64,000 nt of DNA from Candidatus Cloacimonadales bacterium (GCA_963667035.1 OY762964.1:160001-224000), one strand, 5' to 3'; shown: positions 51,870-63,010, counted from the stretch's first letter. The notes: generated by a model from the letters alone, not told the origin. Numbers and translations: made by a program.

Positions 51870-54317
51870 TTGAAAAGATTCTTTTTAGTACTGATATGTT
51901 TTGCTTTGTTACTTCCTTTATTTGCTATGACATATTACGTTTCACAAGATGGCACTGCCGACTTCACAACAATTCAAGAAGCAATTGATTTTAGCTCTGA
52001 TACAGATTATATCATAGTGCATCCGGGAAGATATATAGAACAAGTAAACACGAATGGAAAACAGTTAGTACTTGCAAGTATGTATCTCTATGACCCAAAT
52101 CCTGACTACATAGAGAATACAGTTATTGATGGTTATTGGCAATCTTGTATCACAGTTGAGAATAATGAGACAGTGCATATCAACGGATTTACACTTACAA
52201 ACAATGAGCATGAACCTAATACCGGATATGACGCATCTATTGGTGGAGGAGTATGTATTAAAGAGGACTCAAATGTAACAATAAGAAATTGTGTTATTAG
52301 AAATTGTACTGCTCGCCATGGTGGAGGAATAGGAATGACAAGTGGAGAAGGAAGAGTGGAGATTTCAAATGTAAAGATTTTTAACAATCAAGCTTTCTAT
52401 AGAGGAGGTGGTATATATATTGACACTGATTTTGAATTTATCTTTGACTCAGAGAACCTATGCTCTGTTTATGACAATAATGCCGCAACCGGTATGGATA
52501 TAATGCTCTTCGACTGGGATGAAGATTATGAGAGTAGTGAGAACTTCCCAACTATTGAAATAAACTTAGATGTTTGTAGTAGAGCAATCGAAGAGCCTGA
52601 TCAGTTCTTCATTGCTACTATGTTTGCTCTAGCTGAGATTAATATTCAAAATAGCTATTTCGTAGAAATCGATGGTGATATCTATGTATCACCATTGGGT
52701 GATGATAACAATTCGGGAACTAATCCTTCAGAACCTTTTCAAACTTTGAAGAAAGCACTTCAGATGATTACTAACAATCCTGATAATCCAAGAGCGATTT
52801 ATCTTGCTTCTGGGGTTTACTCTCAATCAATGAACAATCAAATGTTTCCATTAGCTATCAAATCCAATGTAAGTATCATTGGAGCAGGAGCTGAGCAAAC
52901 AATCCTTGATGCTGAAGAAACTGCTTCATTTTTCGGTATATTGTATTCTGAAAACATCAATGTTTCAGGTATGAGTTTAAACAATTCGGAACAGAGTTTT
53001 ATACTTGCAGTGATTGAATGTTATGGTTCAGAAAATCTCAGATTCGAAGATCTAGCTATTAATAATTTTGAGTACTGTGCACTTACATTTATTTTGAGTT
53101 CAGATGTTATGATTCATAATATATACGCTGAGACTTCGTATACTTCTAGAGATATTTTGAGTGTTTTAGGAGATCATTCGAGGGACATATTAATTGAAGG
53201 CTTTATCTCAAAAGGTTTTGCTCTCAATGATAATGAAGATAATCAAGTAGGAATGAGGTTTCAAGAATGTGATTTAAATATCTCAAATGCCATATTTACA
53301 GGTTGTGAAGCAGATGATGGTGAGATTTTTGGATTTCAGAATGCTTTAAACCCGGAATCAACTAGGCGATTGATAATGAACAATTGCCTTTTCTTTGATA
53401 ATGATGTAGATACTTGGCATTGGACTTTTGCTCCTGTGTATATTCAAGACAGATATCAAACTCCGATTGTAACGAATTGTACATTTGCTAATAATAGAGG
53501 TAACAGTTTTTTTGTATATATCATTGGAGAAGTTGAACTCTCTAACTCAATTTTTTATAATCCTAGCTGTTATGGAGAATTGTATCTAAAAAATAGGTAT
53601 GAGAATATCTTTGTTAATCCCCCTGTGACAGTAATAGAAGATGTATATGTAAATAACTGCTCCTTTTCATCAAGTCAACCCTCAAGTACAATACCGGAGC
53701 AAGTATACTTTACAGATTGCCTATACAATACTGATCCGTTATTTCTTGGATCATTAACGGATACTCTTAGTATTGAAGATATTGATTACTATCAATTGTC
53801 TGCAAATTCTCCATGCATAGATTCAGGGACTGTAGATACACTCGGTCTTTATTTACCTGATACAGATCTTGCCGGAGGACAGAGAGTATGGAATGATATT
53901 GTTGATATGGGTGTATTTGAATATGGAGCACCGGTATCAATTCAGGATGAGACAAACTTAGTCCCACCTACACATATCCGGCATTCAGTATATCCTAATC
54001 CCGTTAACCTTGTTAAAGGACTTAGTTCATTTGTAAATATTGAATTTTCATTACCAAAGAAACCGATAGAGAGACCAACCTTGGAGATATACAATATCAG
54101 AGGGCAAAAGGTTAGAGATATTAAGATAACTCAGAGTTTCTCACAACTTGTTAGAAGTGCAGGTTTATCATCCGAGGATAAGCAGTCCGGAGAGTATTAC
54201 TCACAAGTATGGGATTGCAAGGATAACAATCGTAAATCTGTAGCCTCCGGAATATACTTCTATAAAGTCAGCTGTGAAGGCAATGAAGCTATTGGTAAGA
54301 TGATGGTGGTGAAGTAG
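51870..54317 (+). CDS. Tandem copy B of the secreted beta-helix protein
   Basis: Paralog of 49275-51713 with near-identical leader and identical C-terminal block. Confidence 0.85.
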   Translation: MKRFFLVLICFALLLPLFAMTYYVSQDGTADFTTIQEAIDFSSDTDYIIVHPGRYIEQVNTNGKQLVLASMYLYDPNPDYIENTVIDGYWQSCITVENNETVHINGFTLTNNEHEPNTGYDASIGGGVCIKEDSNVTIRNCVIRNCTARHGGGIGMTSGEGRVEISNVKIFNNQAFYRGGGIYIDTDFEFIFDSENLCSVYDNNAATGMDIMLFDWDEDYESSENFPTIEINLDVCSRAIEEPDQFFIATMFALAEINIQNSYFVEIDGDIYVSPLGDDNNSGTNPSEPFQTLKKALQMITNNPDNPRAIYLASGVYSQSMNNQMFPLAIKSNVSIIGAGAEQTILDAEETASFFGILYSENINVSGMSLNNSEQSFILAVIECYGSENLRFEDLAINNFEYCALTFILSSDVMIHNIYAETSYTSRDILSVLGDHSRDILIEGFISKGFALNDNEDNQVGMRFQECDLNISNAIFTGCEADDGEIFGFQNALNPESTRRLIMNNCLFFDNDVDTWHWTFAPVYIQDRYQTPIVTNCTFANNRGNSFFVYIIGEVELSNSIFYNPSCYGELYLKNRYENIFVNPPVTVIEDVYVNNCSFSSSQPSSTIPEQVYFTDCLYNTDPLFLGSLTDTLSIEDIDYYQLSANSPCIDSGTVDTLGLYLPDTDLAGGQRVWNDIVDMGVFEYGAPVSIQDETNLVPPTHIRHSVYPNPVNLVKGLSSFVNIEFSLPKKPIERPTLEIYNIRGQKVRDIKITQSFSQLVRSAGLSSEDKQSGEYYSQVWDCKDNNRKSVASGIYFYKVSCEGNEAIGKMMVVK

Positions 54318-54473
54318 TCGCAAATCTGTTTGTAATTTACACAATATTTTTTATAGAAGAGGAAATCTTGACAAAGAAAATGATTTTACTCAAATAAATT
54401 GTAAAGTACATGGGGAAGGGAAACCTTCCCCATATTTCTCTATGTTATTAAGAAACAAGATGAGAGGTTGTTT

Positions 54474-56912
54474 TTGAAAAGATTCTTTTTAGTACTGATA
54501 TGTTTTGCTTTGTTACTTCCTTTATTTGCTATGACATATTACGTTTCACAAGATGGCACTGCCGACTTCACAACAATTCAAGAAGCAATTGATTTTAGCT
54601 CTGATACAGATTATATCATAGTGCATCCGGGAAGATATATAGAACAAGTAAACACGAATGGAAAACAGTTAGTACTTGCAAGTATGTATCTCTATGACCC
54701 AAATCCTGACTACATAGAGAATACAGTTATTGATGGTTATTGGCAATCTTGTATCACAGTTGAGAATAATGAGACAGTGCATATCAACGGATTTACGCTT
54801 ACTAATAATGAACATGAACCTAATACAGGATATGATTTAACCATAGGTGGAGGAGTTTGTGTTAAGGAAGACTCGAATGTAACTATATCGAATTGTATAA
54901 TTAGAAATTGTACAGCAAATTATGGTGGTGGTATTGGTGTTGGAAGAGGAGATGGTAGAGTCGAAATATCTAGTTTACAGATTTATAACAATCAAGCTTT
55001 CTACAGAGGTGGTGGAATATTTGTTGATACTGATTTTGAGTTTATCTTTAATTCAGAAAACCTCTGTTCTGTCTTTGATAACAATGCAGCTAATGGTATG
55101 GATATTATGCTATTCGATTGGGATGAAGATGAAACTTTTCCAACAATAGATATAAATCTTGATATCTGTAGTAGAGCAATCGAAGAACCTGATCAATTCT
55201 TTATCGCGACAATGTATGCCCTTGCTGAGATAGATATTCAAAACAGCTACTTCGGAGAGATTGATAGTGATATCTATGTGTCTCCGTTGGGGGATGATGG
55301 CTATTCAGGAATCAATCCCGCAGAACCTTTTCAAACTTTGAAGAAAGCCCTTCAGATGATAACTGTCAACCCTGATAACCCAAGAACAATACACCTTGCA
55401 CCTGGAGGTTATTCACAGACTTTGAATAATCAAGTATTTCCCTTAGCAGCGAAATCTAATGTCAGTATCATTGGAGAAGGGCCTGAACAAACGATTCTTG
55501 ATGCTGAGGAATCTGCTTCTTTCTTTGGAATACTCTATTCCGAAAACATCAATATCTCAGGTCTTAGTTTAAACAATTCTGAACAAAGAGGTATTAGTGC
55601 AGTAATTGAATGCATTGAAAGTTCAAATTTGTTTTACAATGATATAATTATCAATAATTTCGAATCAACATGCTTTAATATTGCTAGAAGTAGTAACATT
55701 TACTTTACCAATTGCATCTTTGAAACTGAACCAACTGATAGTAATTCACCGAGAAGCATAATGGCAAATGATTGTGACAATGTTATTGTAAATGGTTATA
55801 TATCTAATAATTTCATTATTACCAATATTGATTATAACGAAGTAGGTGTATTGTTTCAGGAAAGTGATTTAAACATCTCTAATGCGATTTTTACAGGTTG
55901 CGAAGCTGATGACGGTGTTATTTTTAGTTTTCAGAATGCTTTATATCCGGAATCAACTAGGCGATTGATAATGAAAAATTGCCTTTTCTTTGATAATGAT
56001 GTAGATACTTGGCATTGGACTTTTGCTCCTGTGTATATTCAAGACAGATATCAAACTCCGATTGTAACGAATTGTACATTTGCTAATAATAGTGGTAACA
56101 GTTATTTTGTATATATCATTGGAGAAGTTGAACTCTCTAACTCAATTTTTTATAATCCTAGCTGTTATGGAGAATTGTATCTAAAAAATAGGTATGAGAA
56201 TATCTTTGTTAATCCCCCTGTGACAGTAATAGAAGATGTATACGTAAATAACTGCTCCTTTTCATCAAGCCAACCCTCAAGTACGATACCGGAGCAAGTA
56301 TACTTTACAGATTGCCTATACAATACTGATCCGTTATTTCTTGGATCATTAACGGATACTCTTAGTATTGAAGATATTGATTACTATCAATTGTCTGCAA
56401 ATTCTCCATGCATAGATTCAGGGACTGTAGATACACTCGGTCTTTATTTACCTGATACAGATCTTGCCGGAGGACAGAGAGTATGGAATGATATTGTTGA
56501 TATGGGTGTATTTGAATATGGAGCACCGGTATCAATTCAGGATGAGACAAACTTAGTCCCACCTACACATATCCGGCATTCAGTATATCCTAATCCCATT
56601 AATCTTGTTAAAGGACTTAGTTCATTTGTAAATATTGAATTTTCATTACCAAAGAAACCGATAGAGAGACCAACCTTGGAGATATACAATATCAGAGGGC
56701 AAAAGGTTAGAGATATTAAGATAACTCAGAGTTTCTCACAGTTAGTCAGAAGTGCAGGTTTATCATCCGAGGATAAGCAATCCGGAGAGTATTACTCACA
56801 AGTATGGGATTGCAAGGATAATAATCGTAAGCCTGTAGCCGCCGGAATATACTTCTATAAAGTTAGCTGTGAAGGCAATGAAGCTATTGGTAAGATGATG
56901 GTGGTGAAATAA
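54474..56912 (+). CDS. Tandem copy C of the secreted beta-helix protein
   Basis: Paralog; shares its N-terminus with B and an internal block with A. Confidence 0.85.
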   Translation: MKRFFLVLICFALLLPLFAMTYYVSQDGTADFTTIQEAIDFSSDTDYIIVHPGRYIEQVNTNGKQLVLASMYLYDPNPDYIENTVIDGYWQSCITVENNETVHINGFTLTNNEHEPNTGYDLTIGGGVCVKEDSNVTISNCIIRNCTANYGGGIGVGRGDGRVEISSLQIYNNQAFYRGGGIFVDTDFEFIFNSENLCSVFDNNAANGMDIMLFDWDEDETFPTIDINLDICSRAIEEPDQFFIATMYALAEIDIQNSYFGEIDSDIYVSPLGDDGYSGINPAEPFQTLKKALQMITVNPDNPRTIHLAPGGYSQTLNNQVFPLAAKSNVSIIGEGPEQTILDAEESASFFGILYSENINISGLSLNNSEQRGISAVIECIESSNLFYNDIIINNFESTCFNIARSSNIYFTNCIFETEPTDSNSPRSIMANDCDNVIVNGYISNNFIITNIDYNEVGVLFQESDLNISNAIFTGCEADDGVIFSFQNALYPESTRRLIMKNCLFFDNDVDTWHWTFAPVYIQDRYQTPIVTNCTFANNSGNSYFVYIIGEVELSNSIFYNPSCYGELYLKNRYENIFVNPPVTVIEDVYVNNCSFSSSQPSSTIPEQVYFTDCLYNTDPLFLGSLTDTLSIEDIDYYQLSANSPCIDSGTVDTLGLYLPDTDLAGGQRVWNDIVDMGVFEYGAPVSIQDETNLVPPTHIRHSVYPNPINLVKGLSSFVNIEFSLPKKPIERPTLEIYNIRGQKVRDIKITQSFSQLVRSAGLSSEDKQSGEYYSQVWDCKDNNRKPVAAGIYFYKVSCEGNEAIGKMMVVK

Positions 56913-57083
56913 GCATAGGAATGCATAGAATACTTTGAAATTAACATTGTAGTAAAGAGAAGTAACAAATTATAGGTTGTCAGGGTAAAAATGGGAGCAA
57001 TCAATTAGCATATTTTGGAATAGAAAAATTACGATATACAATTTAATGAAAATCATAAAGTTAGATATCAAAACAAAAAGTGT

Positions 57084-57382
57084 TTGACAGAATGTAAGTG
57101 TCATGGATTTTGGTCAGACTTGAATTAATAAAATCACTCCGGTGACGACCCGAAGTCTCCGGGGAAAGGAAAAGCCCGATAGGAAAAAGGCTTATAGATC
57201 TCAGGAAATAGTGATGATTTTTAAACAAAATCAACGCATTACAACCGTTCATTGGAACGGTCCTGACAAATAGCTTAACAAAGCACGATCTGCCCATATT
57301 CTATCAAACCTGCGTCCTCTTGACTCGGGAATAAAGCAGCCTAAGAGGATGTCGCTCACAATGTAAAAGTTGGAGGTTTAAG
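57084..57382 (+). promoter_or_regulatory. S10 operon promoter (TTGACA 57084) and long structured leader
   Basis: About 260-nt non-coding leader with several hairpins ahead of rpsJ. Confidence 0.5.
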
Positions 57383-57697
57383 GTGAGTAATAATGATCGT
57401 ATCAGAATCAAGCTTAAAGCGTATGACCATCGCTTGCTTGATCAATCTGTTGCAGAGATTGTAAAGAGTACTAAAAGTACCGGTGCAAAGATTATGGGTC
57501 CAATCCCATTGCCAACAGACCGCACCCTTTACACTATTCTGCGCTCTCCTCACGTGAATAAGAAGTCTAGAGACCAGTTCCAAATGCTGGTTCATAAGAG
57601 ACTGGTTGATATTGTTAACCCAACTCCTCAGACCACGAAGGCACTGAAGAAATTAAGTCTTCCTGCCGGTGTTCACGTAGAGATTAAAGCGAAATAA
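57383..57697 (+). CDS. rpsJ: 30S ribosomal protein S10
   Basis: [34 protein letters not shown]. Confidence 0.99.
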   Translation: MSNNDRIRIKLKAYDHRLLDQSVAEIVKSTKSTGAKIMGPIPLPTDRTLYTILRSPHVNKKSRDQFQMLVHKRLVDIVNPTPQTTKALKKLSLPAGVHVEIKAK

Positions 57698-57711
57698 CTA
57701 AGGAGACAGTA

Positions 57712-58335
57712 ATGGTTGGATTAATAGGTAAAAAGATTGGGATGACTCAGATCTTCACAGAAGAAGGTAAGATAATTCCTGTAACCCTTATCCAGGCCGG
57801 ACCTTGCAGTGTCGTTAACAAAAGAACACAGGAGAAGGATGGCTACATAGCGATTCAGCTCGGTTATGAAACACTGAAAGAAAAAAAGCTTAACAAGCCA
57901 ATGGCCGGCTATTTTAAAAAATACGGTTCACCTGCATTTCGTTATTTGCATGAATTTCGTTTAAAGAATCTTGTAGATGTTAATCTGCAGGATGTATTCA
58001 AAGTTGACCTGTTCCAGGAAAATGAACTTGTAGATGTTGTTGGTACATCTAAGGGTCGTGGTTTTTCCGGTGTTATGAAACGCCATGGTTTCCACGGCTT
58101 CATGTCTTCGCATGGTGTTCATGAGTCCTACAGAGGACCGGGTTCTATCGGACAGTGTGCTACTCCTGCACGTGTATTGAAGGGTCTTAAAATGGCCGGA
58201 CACATGGGTGTTGATAGAGTAACTGTCAAAAACTTGAAAGTTGTTAAAGTTGACGCAGAGAATAACCTTATTATGCTGAAGGGTGCAGTTCCCGGTCATC
58301 GTAACAGCCTTATCTACATCAAGAAAGCTAAATAA
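57712..58335 (+). CDS. rplC: 50S ribosomal protein L3
   Basis: GKKIGMTQIF, SKGRGFSGVMKRH, MAGHMG. Confidence 0.99.
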   Translation: MVGLIGKKIGMTQIFTEEGKIIPVTLIQAGPCSVVNKRTQEKDGYIAIQLGYETLKEKKLNKPMAGYFKKYGSPAFRYLHEFRLKNLVDVNLQDVFKVDLFQENELVDVVGTSKGRGFSGVMKRHGFHGFMSSHGVHESYRGPGSIGQCATPARVLKGLKMAGHMGVDRVTVKNLKVVKVDAENNLIMLKGAVPGHRNSLIYIKKAK

Positions 58336-58350
58336 TGCAGGAGAGATATA

Positions 58351-58986
58351 ATGTTAGAAGCAATTAAATATTCTGCATCAGGCGAACAGAAAGGTAAAGT
58401 GGAACTTCCTGCAGCTTTATTCGAAGCTGAGTCAAAAAATCCGGAAGCTCTTCTGCACGAAATAATTAAAATGTATCTCGCAAACCAGCGTCAAGGTACT
58501 GTTGCTAAGAAAAATCGTGCTCTAGTACAGGGTAGCGGTAAGAAGCTTTTTAAACAGAAAGGTACCGGTAATGCACGCGTTGGTAACAAGCGTACAGTTG
58601 TTCGTCGTGGTGGTGGTATGGCCTTTGGTATCGATCCTAAGAACTGGTATCGTCATATTCCTAAGAAGAAGAAAAGACTTGCTCTTAAGCTTGCTTTAAC
58701 AGCAAAAGCTCAAGACAGCAAGGTGTATATCATTGAAGACCTTAAGTTTGAGAAGCCAAGCACAAAAATGGCTAAAGAGCTTCTTTATAAATTCGCTCCA
58801 AAGAATGAGAGAATATTATTGGTAACCGAAGGTCATGACAAGGCTGTTGTAAAGTCATTCTTAAATCTTCCAAGAGTAGAAGCTGATCGTGCAGATGGCT
58901 TATACGCATACGAAGTTATAAAATGCAAACACCTTGTAATCACAGAATCTGCACTTAATAAAATGGTGGAGGTCTTCGAAAAATGA
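58351..58986 (+). CDS. rplD: 50S ribosomal protein L4
   Basis: RQGT, KQKGTGNAR, operon position. Confidence 0.98.
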   Translation: MLEAIKYSASGEQKGKVELPAALFEAESKNPEALLHEIIKMYLANQRQGTVAKKNRALVQGSGKKLFKQKGTGNARVGNKRTVVRRGGGMAFGIDPKNWYRHIPKKKKRLALKLALTAKAQDSKVYIIEDLKFEKPSTKMAKELLYKFAPKNERILLVTEGHDKAVVKSFLNLPRVEADRADGLYAYEVIKCKHLVITESALNKMVEVFEK

Positions 58987-59270
58987 TACATCCAAGAGAA
59001 ATAATCATTGCCCCTATCATAACTGAAAAAAGCAGTTTGATTAAAGAAAGTCAGAACAGCTACACTTTCAAAGTTAGCATCAATGCTAATAAGATTGAAA
59101 TCAGAAAAGTTATTGAACAGATTTTTAACGTGAAAGTTGTAAGTGTTAATACAATAAAGTACAAAGGTAAGCCTAAGAGATTAGGTCGTTATGCCGGAAA
59201 AAGAGCGGACTGGAAGAAAGCAATTGTAACACTTGCTGAAGGCCAGACTATTCCGGACTTTGAGTTATAA
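58983..59270 (+). CDS. rplW: 50S ribosomal protein L23
   Basis: PIITEKS, ANKIEI, WKKAIVTL. Confidence 0.98.
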   Translation: MIHPREIIIAPIITEKSSLIKESQNSYTFKVSINANKIEIRKVIEQIFNVKVVSVNTIKYKGKPKRLGRYAGKRADWKKAIVTLAEGQTIPDFEL

Positions 59271-59282
59271 TGAGGAGTTAAA

Positions 59283-60113
59283 ATGGGAATTAAACATTAT
59301 AAACCGGTAACACCGACTCAAAGATTTAAAACAGGTTATACATTTGAAGAGATTACTACTTCAACACCTGAAAAATCACTCCTTGCCCCTCTTAGAAAAA
59401 CCGGTGGCCGTAACAACCAGGGACGCATAACTTGTCGTCATCGTGGTGGTGGTCACAGACGTCACTATAGAATTATTGATTTCAAGCGTAACAAGTATGG
59501 TATTCCTGCAACTGTTGCTACTGTTGAGTATGATCCTAACAGAACAGCTAGAATCGCTTTGCTTCATTATGCTGATGGTGAGAAAAGATATATTATAGCT
59601 CCGGACGGAATCAAAGTCGGAATGAAATTAATGAGTGGTCCTGAAGCTGAATTCTCAGTAGGAAACGCATTACCATTAGATCGTATTCCATTAGGTTCTG
59701 TTGTACATAACATTGAGCTTAAAAGAGGAAAAGGCGGACAGATAGCTCGTTCTGCCGGATCATCTGCTCAAGTTGTTGCAAAAGACGGAGACTATGTTCA
59801 TATTAAAATGCCTTCAAATGATGTGCATCTTATTCGTAAAGAATGCTATGCTACAATGGGTCAGGTTTCAAATATTGAACATAACCTGATAAAACTTGGT
59901 AAAGCCGGTCGCAAAAGATGGATGGGTATCAGACCTACAGTTCGTGGTGTTGTTATGAACCCTGTAGACCATCCCATGGGTGGTGGTGAAGCCAAAACTT
60001 CCGGTGGTGGACATCCAAGATCTCCTTGGGGTAAACTCGCTAAAGGCGGAAAGACCCGTAAAACAAGGAAATACTCAGATAAGTACATCATTAAGGCTAA
60101 TAAGAAGAAGTAG
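59283..60113 (+). CDS. rplB: 50S ribosomal protein L2
   Basis: [31 protein letters not shown]. Confidence 0.99.
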   Translation: MGIKHYKPVTPTQRFKTGYTFEEITTSTPEKSLLAPLRKTGGRNNQGRITCRHRGGGHRRHYRIIDFKRNKYGIPATVATVEYDPNRTARIALLHYADGEKRYIIAPDGIKVGMKLMSGPEAEFSVGNALPLDRIPLGSVVHNIELKRGKGGQIARSAGSSAQVVAKDGDYVHIKMPSNDVHLIRKECYATMGQVSNIEHNLIKLGKAGRKRWMGIRPTVRGVVMNPVDHPMGGGEAKTSGGGHPRSPWGKLAKGGKTRKTRKYSDKYIIKANKKK

Positions 60114-60122
60114 GAGGAACTA

Positions 60123-60389
60123 ATGCCCAGATCTTTAAAGAAAGGCCCTTTCGTAGACGATCATCTTGTGAAGAAAGTTGACGAACTGAATAAAGATGGC
60201 AAGAAAACTGTTATCAAGACTTGGTCTCGTCGTTCCACAGTTCTTCCTGAGTTTATCGGTCATACATTCGCAGTTCATAATGGACGTAAATTTGTACCGG
60301 TTTATGTATCCGAAAATATGGTAGGTCATAAGTTAGGTGAATTTTCACCCACAAGAACCTTCCGCGGACATAAAGAAAAGAAGAAATAG
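60123..60389 (+). CDS. rpsS: 30S ribosomal protein S19
   Basis: [23 protein letters not shown]. Confidence 0.99.
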   Translation: MPRSLKKGPFVDDHLVKKVDELNKDGKKTVIKTWSRRSTVLPEFIGHTFAVHNGRKFVPVYVSENMVGHKLGEFSPTRTFRGHKEKKK

Positions 60390-60407
60390 AGATAAGGAGT
60401 AACGAGA

Positions 60408-60746
60408 ATGGAAGCTAAAGCAATACTTCGCTACCATAGAGGTTCCGCTAGAAAAGCTAGATTAGTTTTGGACCTTATTCGTGGGATTTCAGTTCCTGAA
60501 GCTCAGAAGATTCTGATGTTCTCAACTAAAAGAGTCGCTGCTCCGATAGGTAAACTGCTTAATTCTGCGATTGCTAATGCACAGCAGAAAGATAATAAAG
60601 TTGATTTAAATAGCCTTGTTGTAGCCGACGCTTATGCAGACGATGGTCCTATAATGAAAAGATTTCAGGCCAGAGCTCAAGGTAGAGCTTTTGTAATTCG
60701 TCGTAGAACATGTCATATTACCTTAGGCTTAAGGGAAAAGGAATAG
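60408..60746 (+). CDS. rplV: 50S ribosomal protein L22
   Basis: SARKARLV, SAIANA, RAQGRA. Confidence 0.98.
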   Translation: MEAKAILRYHRGSARKARLVLDLIRGISVPEAQKILMFSTKRVAAPIGKLLNSAIANAQQKDNKVDLNSLVVADAYADDGPIMKRFQARAQGRAFVIRRRTCHITLGLREKE

Positions 60747-60755
60747 GAGGAATCA

Positions 60756-61403
60756 TTGGGACAGAAAATTAATCCAGTACTGTACCGAATCGGAGTTAAC
60801 AAGCAGACTGAATCAATCTGGTTTGCCAAAGGTGATGCCTATGTTGAGAACCTGCTTGAAGACCTCAAGGTAAGAAACTACATCCAGAAGCGTTTAGCCT
60901 CTAAGATGGTTTCAAGGATTCAGATCTCAAGAAAAACTAACTCTATAAATATTGATATTCATACCTCAAAACCAGGTCTTGTTATTGGTAAGAAAGGTGA
61001 AGATATCAATCGTCTTAGAGGAGAGATCAATCTTTTAGTAAATAAGAAGCGTGGTAACGAGCTGAAAGTGATGATTAACATCATCGAAATTCAGAAAACT
61101 TGGTTAGATGCATCTTTAATTGGACAGGAAATTGCCCGTCAGTTAGAGGAAAGAGTTTCTTTCCGCCGTGCTATGAAAATGGCAATGAGAAAAGCAATGA
61201 CAGACGGAGCTTTAGGAATCAAGGTTCAGTGCTCAGGTCGTTTAGGCGGTGCTGAAATTGCCAGAACCGAGCGCTACAAACAAGGTAGAACTCCATTACA
61301 CACACTTCGTGCTGATATTGATTATGCTCTGATTGAAGCTCAGACAACTTACGGAATTATCGGTATTAAGGTTTGGATCTACAGAGGCGATATTCTCGAC
61401 TAA
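60756..61403 (+). CDS. rpsC: 30S ribosomal protein S3
   Basis: GQKINP, SGRLGGAEIAR, PLHTLRADIDY; TTG start. Confidence 0.99.
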   Translation: MGQKINPVLYRIGVNKQTESIWFAKGDAYVENLLEDLKVRNYIQKRLASKMVSRIQISRKTNSINIDIHTSKPGLVIGKKGEDINRLRGEINLLVNKKRGNELKVMINIIEIQKTWLDASLIGQEIARQLEERVSFRRAMKMAMRKAMTDGALGIKVQCSGRLGGAEIARTERYKQGRTPLHTLRADIDYALIEAQTTYGIIGIKVWIYRGDILD

Positions 61404-61422
61404 GAGAAGAAGGAGAATATAG

Positions 61423-61842
61423 ATGTTAGCACCAAAGAAAGTTAAACATAGAAAGGTACAGCGCGGTAGACGAACTGGTCTCGCTTACCGTGGTTCAGAA
61501 GTCAGCTTTGGCGATTATGCTTTAGTCGCTATGCAAGATGGTTGGATTACCAGTCGTCAAATAGAAGCTGCTCGTGTAGCTATCACTCGTCAAATGAAAC
61601 GTGTTGGTAAAGTATGGATCAGAATTTTCCCGGACAAACCGCTCACTTCTAAACCTGCTGAAACTCGTATGGGTAAAGGTAAAGGTTCTCCAGAATACTG
61701 GGTAGCTGTTGTTAAACCGGGACGTGTAATGTTTGAAATCCAAGGAGTTGACTTAAAGATTGCTAGAGAAGCTATTCGTTTAGCAGGTCACAAACTTCCT
61801 ATTAGAACAAAGATGGTTGCTCGTGAAGGAGTAGAGATATGA
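61423..61842 (+). CDS. rplP: 50S ribosomal protein L16
   Basis: RQIEAAR, RMGKGKG. Confidence 0.99.
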   Translation: MLAPKKVKHRKVQRGRRTGLAYRGSEVSFGDYALVAMQDGWITSRQIEAARVAITRQMKRVGKVWIRIFPDKPLTSKPAETRMGKGKGSPEYWVAVVKPGRVMFEIQGVDLKIAREAIRLAGHKLPIRTKMVAREGVEI

Positions 61843-62027
61843 AGGCCCAAGAGCTCAGAGAAATGACAGTGGAAGAATTAAACCACAAGTTAGAAGATTT
61901 ACGTGTTGAGCTGTTCAACTTACGCTTTCAGGTTGCAAGAAACCTTCTGGATAACCCTTTACGTATTCGTGAGGCTAAGAAAGATATTGCACGTATCATG
62001 ACTATTCTCACAGAGAAGAAGGCTTAA
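61839..62027 (+). CDS. rpmC: 50S ribosomal protein L29
   Basis: [17 protein letters not shown]. Confidence 0.97.
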   Translation: MKAQELREMTVEELNHKLEDLRVELFNLRFQVARNLLDNPLRIREAKKDIARIMTILTEKKA

Positions 62028-62039
62028 GAGAGGTTAAAA

Positions 62040-62294
62040 ATGGCATACGAAAGAAAGCTTAATAAAGTTGGCGTTGTAGTCAGCGACAAGATGGACAAGA
62101 CTATTGTCGTTCGTGCTGAAAGACAATTTATTCATCCATTATATAAAAAGACTGTTCGTAAACATAAAAAATTCATGGCTCATGACGAGAATAATGAAGC
62201 TCATATTGGTGATACTGTTATGATTGAAGAGTATCGTCCTATGAGTGCTCGTAAGAGATGGATTCTTAAAAAAGTAATAGAAGTTAGCAAATAA
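62040..62294 (+). CDS. rpsQ: 30S ribosomal protein S17
   Basis: [24 protein letters not shown]. Confidence 0.98.
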   Translation: MAYERKLNKVGVVVSDKMDKTIVVRAERQFIHPLYKKTVRKHKKFMAHDENNEAHIGDTVMIEEYRPMSARKRWILKKVIEVSK

Positions 62295-62303
62295 GGAGTA
62301 GAG

Positions 62304-62672
62304 ATGATACAAGTACAGACAATGCTCAATATTGCTGATAACTCAGGTGCAAAAAAGGCTATGTGTATTAAAGTCCTTGGTGGTTCTAAAAGAAAATATG
62401 CTTCCATCGGTGACATTATTGTCGTAGCTATTAAATCTGCTACTCCAACCGGAAAAGTTAAGAAAGGCACCGTTCAGAAAGCTGTAATTGTAAGAACAGC
62501 TAAAGAGATCAGAAGACCTGATGGCTCTTATATCAGATTTCAAGATAATGCTGCTGTTATTATTGATGAAAAAATGGAGCCAAAGGGAACCCGTATCTTC
62601 GGTCCTGTAGCCCGTGAACTAAGAGAACACGAATTTATGAAAATCGTTTCTCTTGCACCAGAAGTGTTATAG
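62304..62672 (+). CDS. rplN: 50S ribosomal protein L14
   Basis: [26 protein letters not shown]. Confidence 0.99.
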   Translation: MIQVQTMLNIADNSGAKKAMCIKVLGGSKRKYASIGDIIVVAIKSATPTGKVKKGTVQKAVIVRTAKEIRRPDGSYIRFQDNAAVIIDEKMEPKGTRIFGPVARELREHEFMKIVSLAPEVL

Positions 62673-62681
62673 GAGTTTGTA

Positions 62682-62999
62682 ATGAAAAAAATGAAAATAA
62701 AAAAAGGTGACAATGTAATTGTTATCTCCGGTAATGACAAAGGTGTAAAAGGAACTGTTCTTAAAGCCTTCCCAAAAACCGGTAGAGTTATCGTTGAGAA
62801 AGTTAATATGATTAAAAAACATGCCAAACCTTCTCAGCAAAATCCACAAGGTGGAATCATTCACATGGAAGCACCTATCGATGCTTCAAATGTAATGATT
62901 TACAATGAGAAAATCAATGATGTAACAAAAGTCGGTTTCAGAAAAGGTGCTGATGGAAAAAGAGTCAGAATCTGCAAGAAAACCGGTGATGAGTTATAA
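62682..62999 (+). CDS. rplX: 50S ribosomal protein L24
   Basis: [25 protein letters not shown]. Confidence 0.98.
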   Translation: MKKMKIKKGDNVIVISGNDKGVKGTVLKAFPKTGRVIVEKVNMIKKHAKPSQQNPQGGIIHMEAPIDASNVMIYNEKINDVTKVGFRKGADGKRVRICKKTGDEL

Positions 63000-63010
63000 G
63001 GAGCGGAACG

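Noticed and set aside
42613..57000. Composite transposon spanning the IS481-like element, the S8 gene and the three paralogs
   Set aside because: No second IS end or matching target duplication found near 56913-57080.
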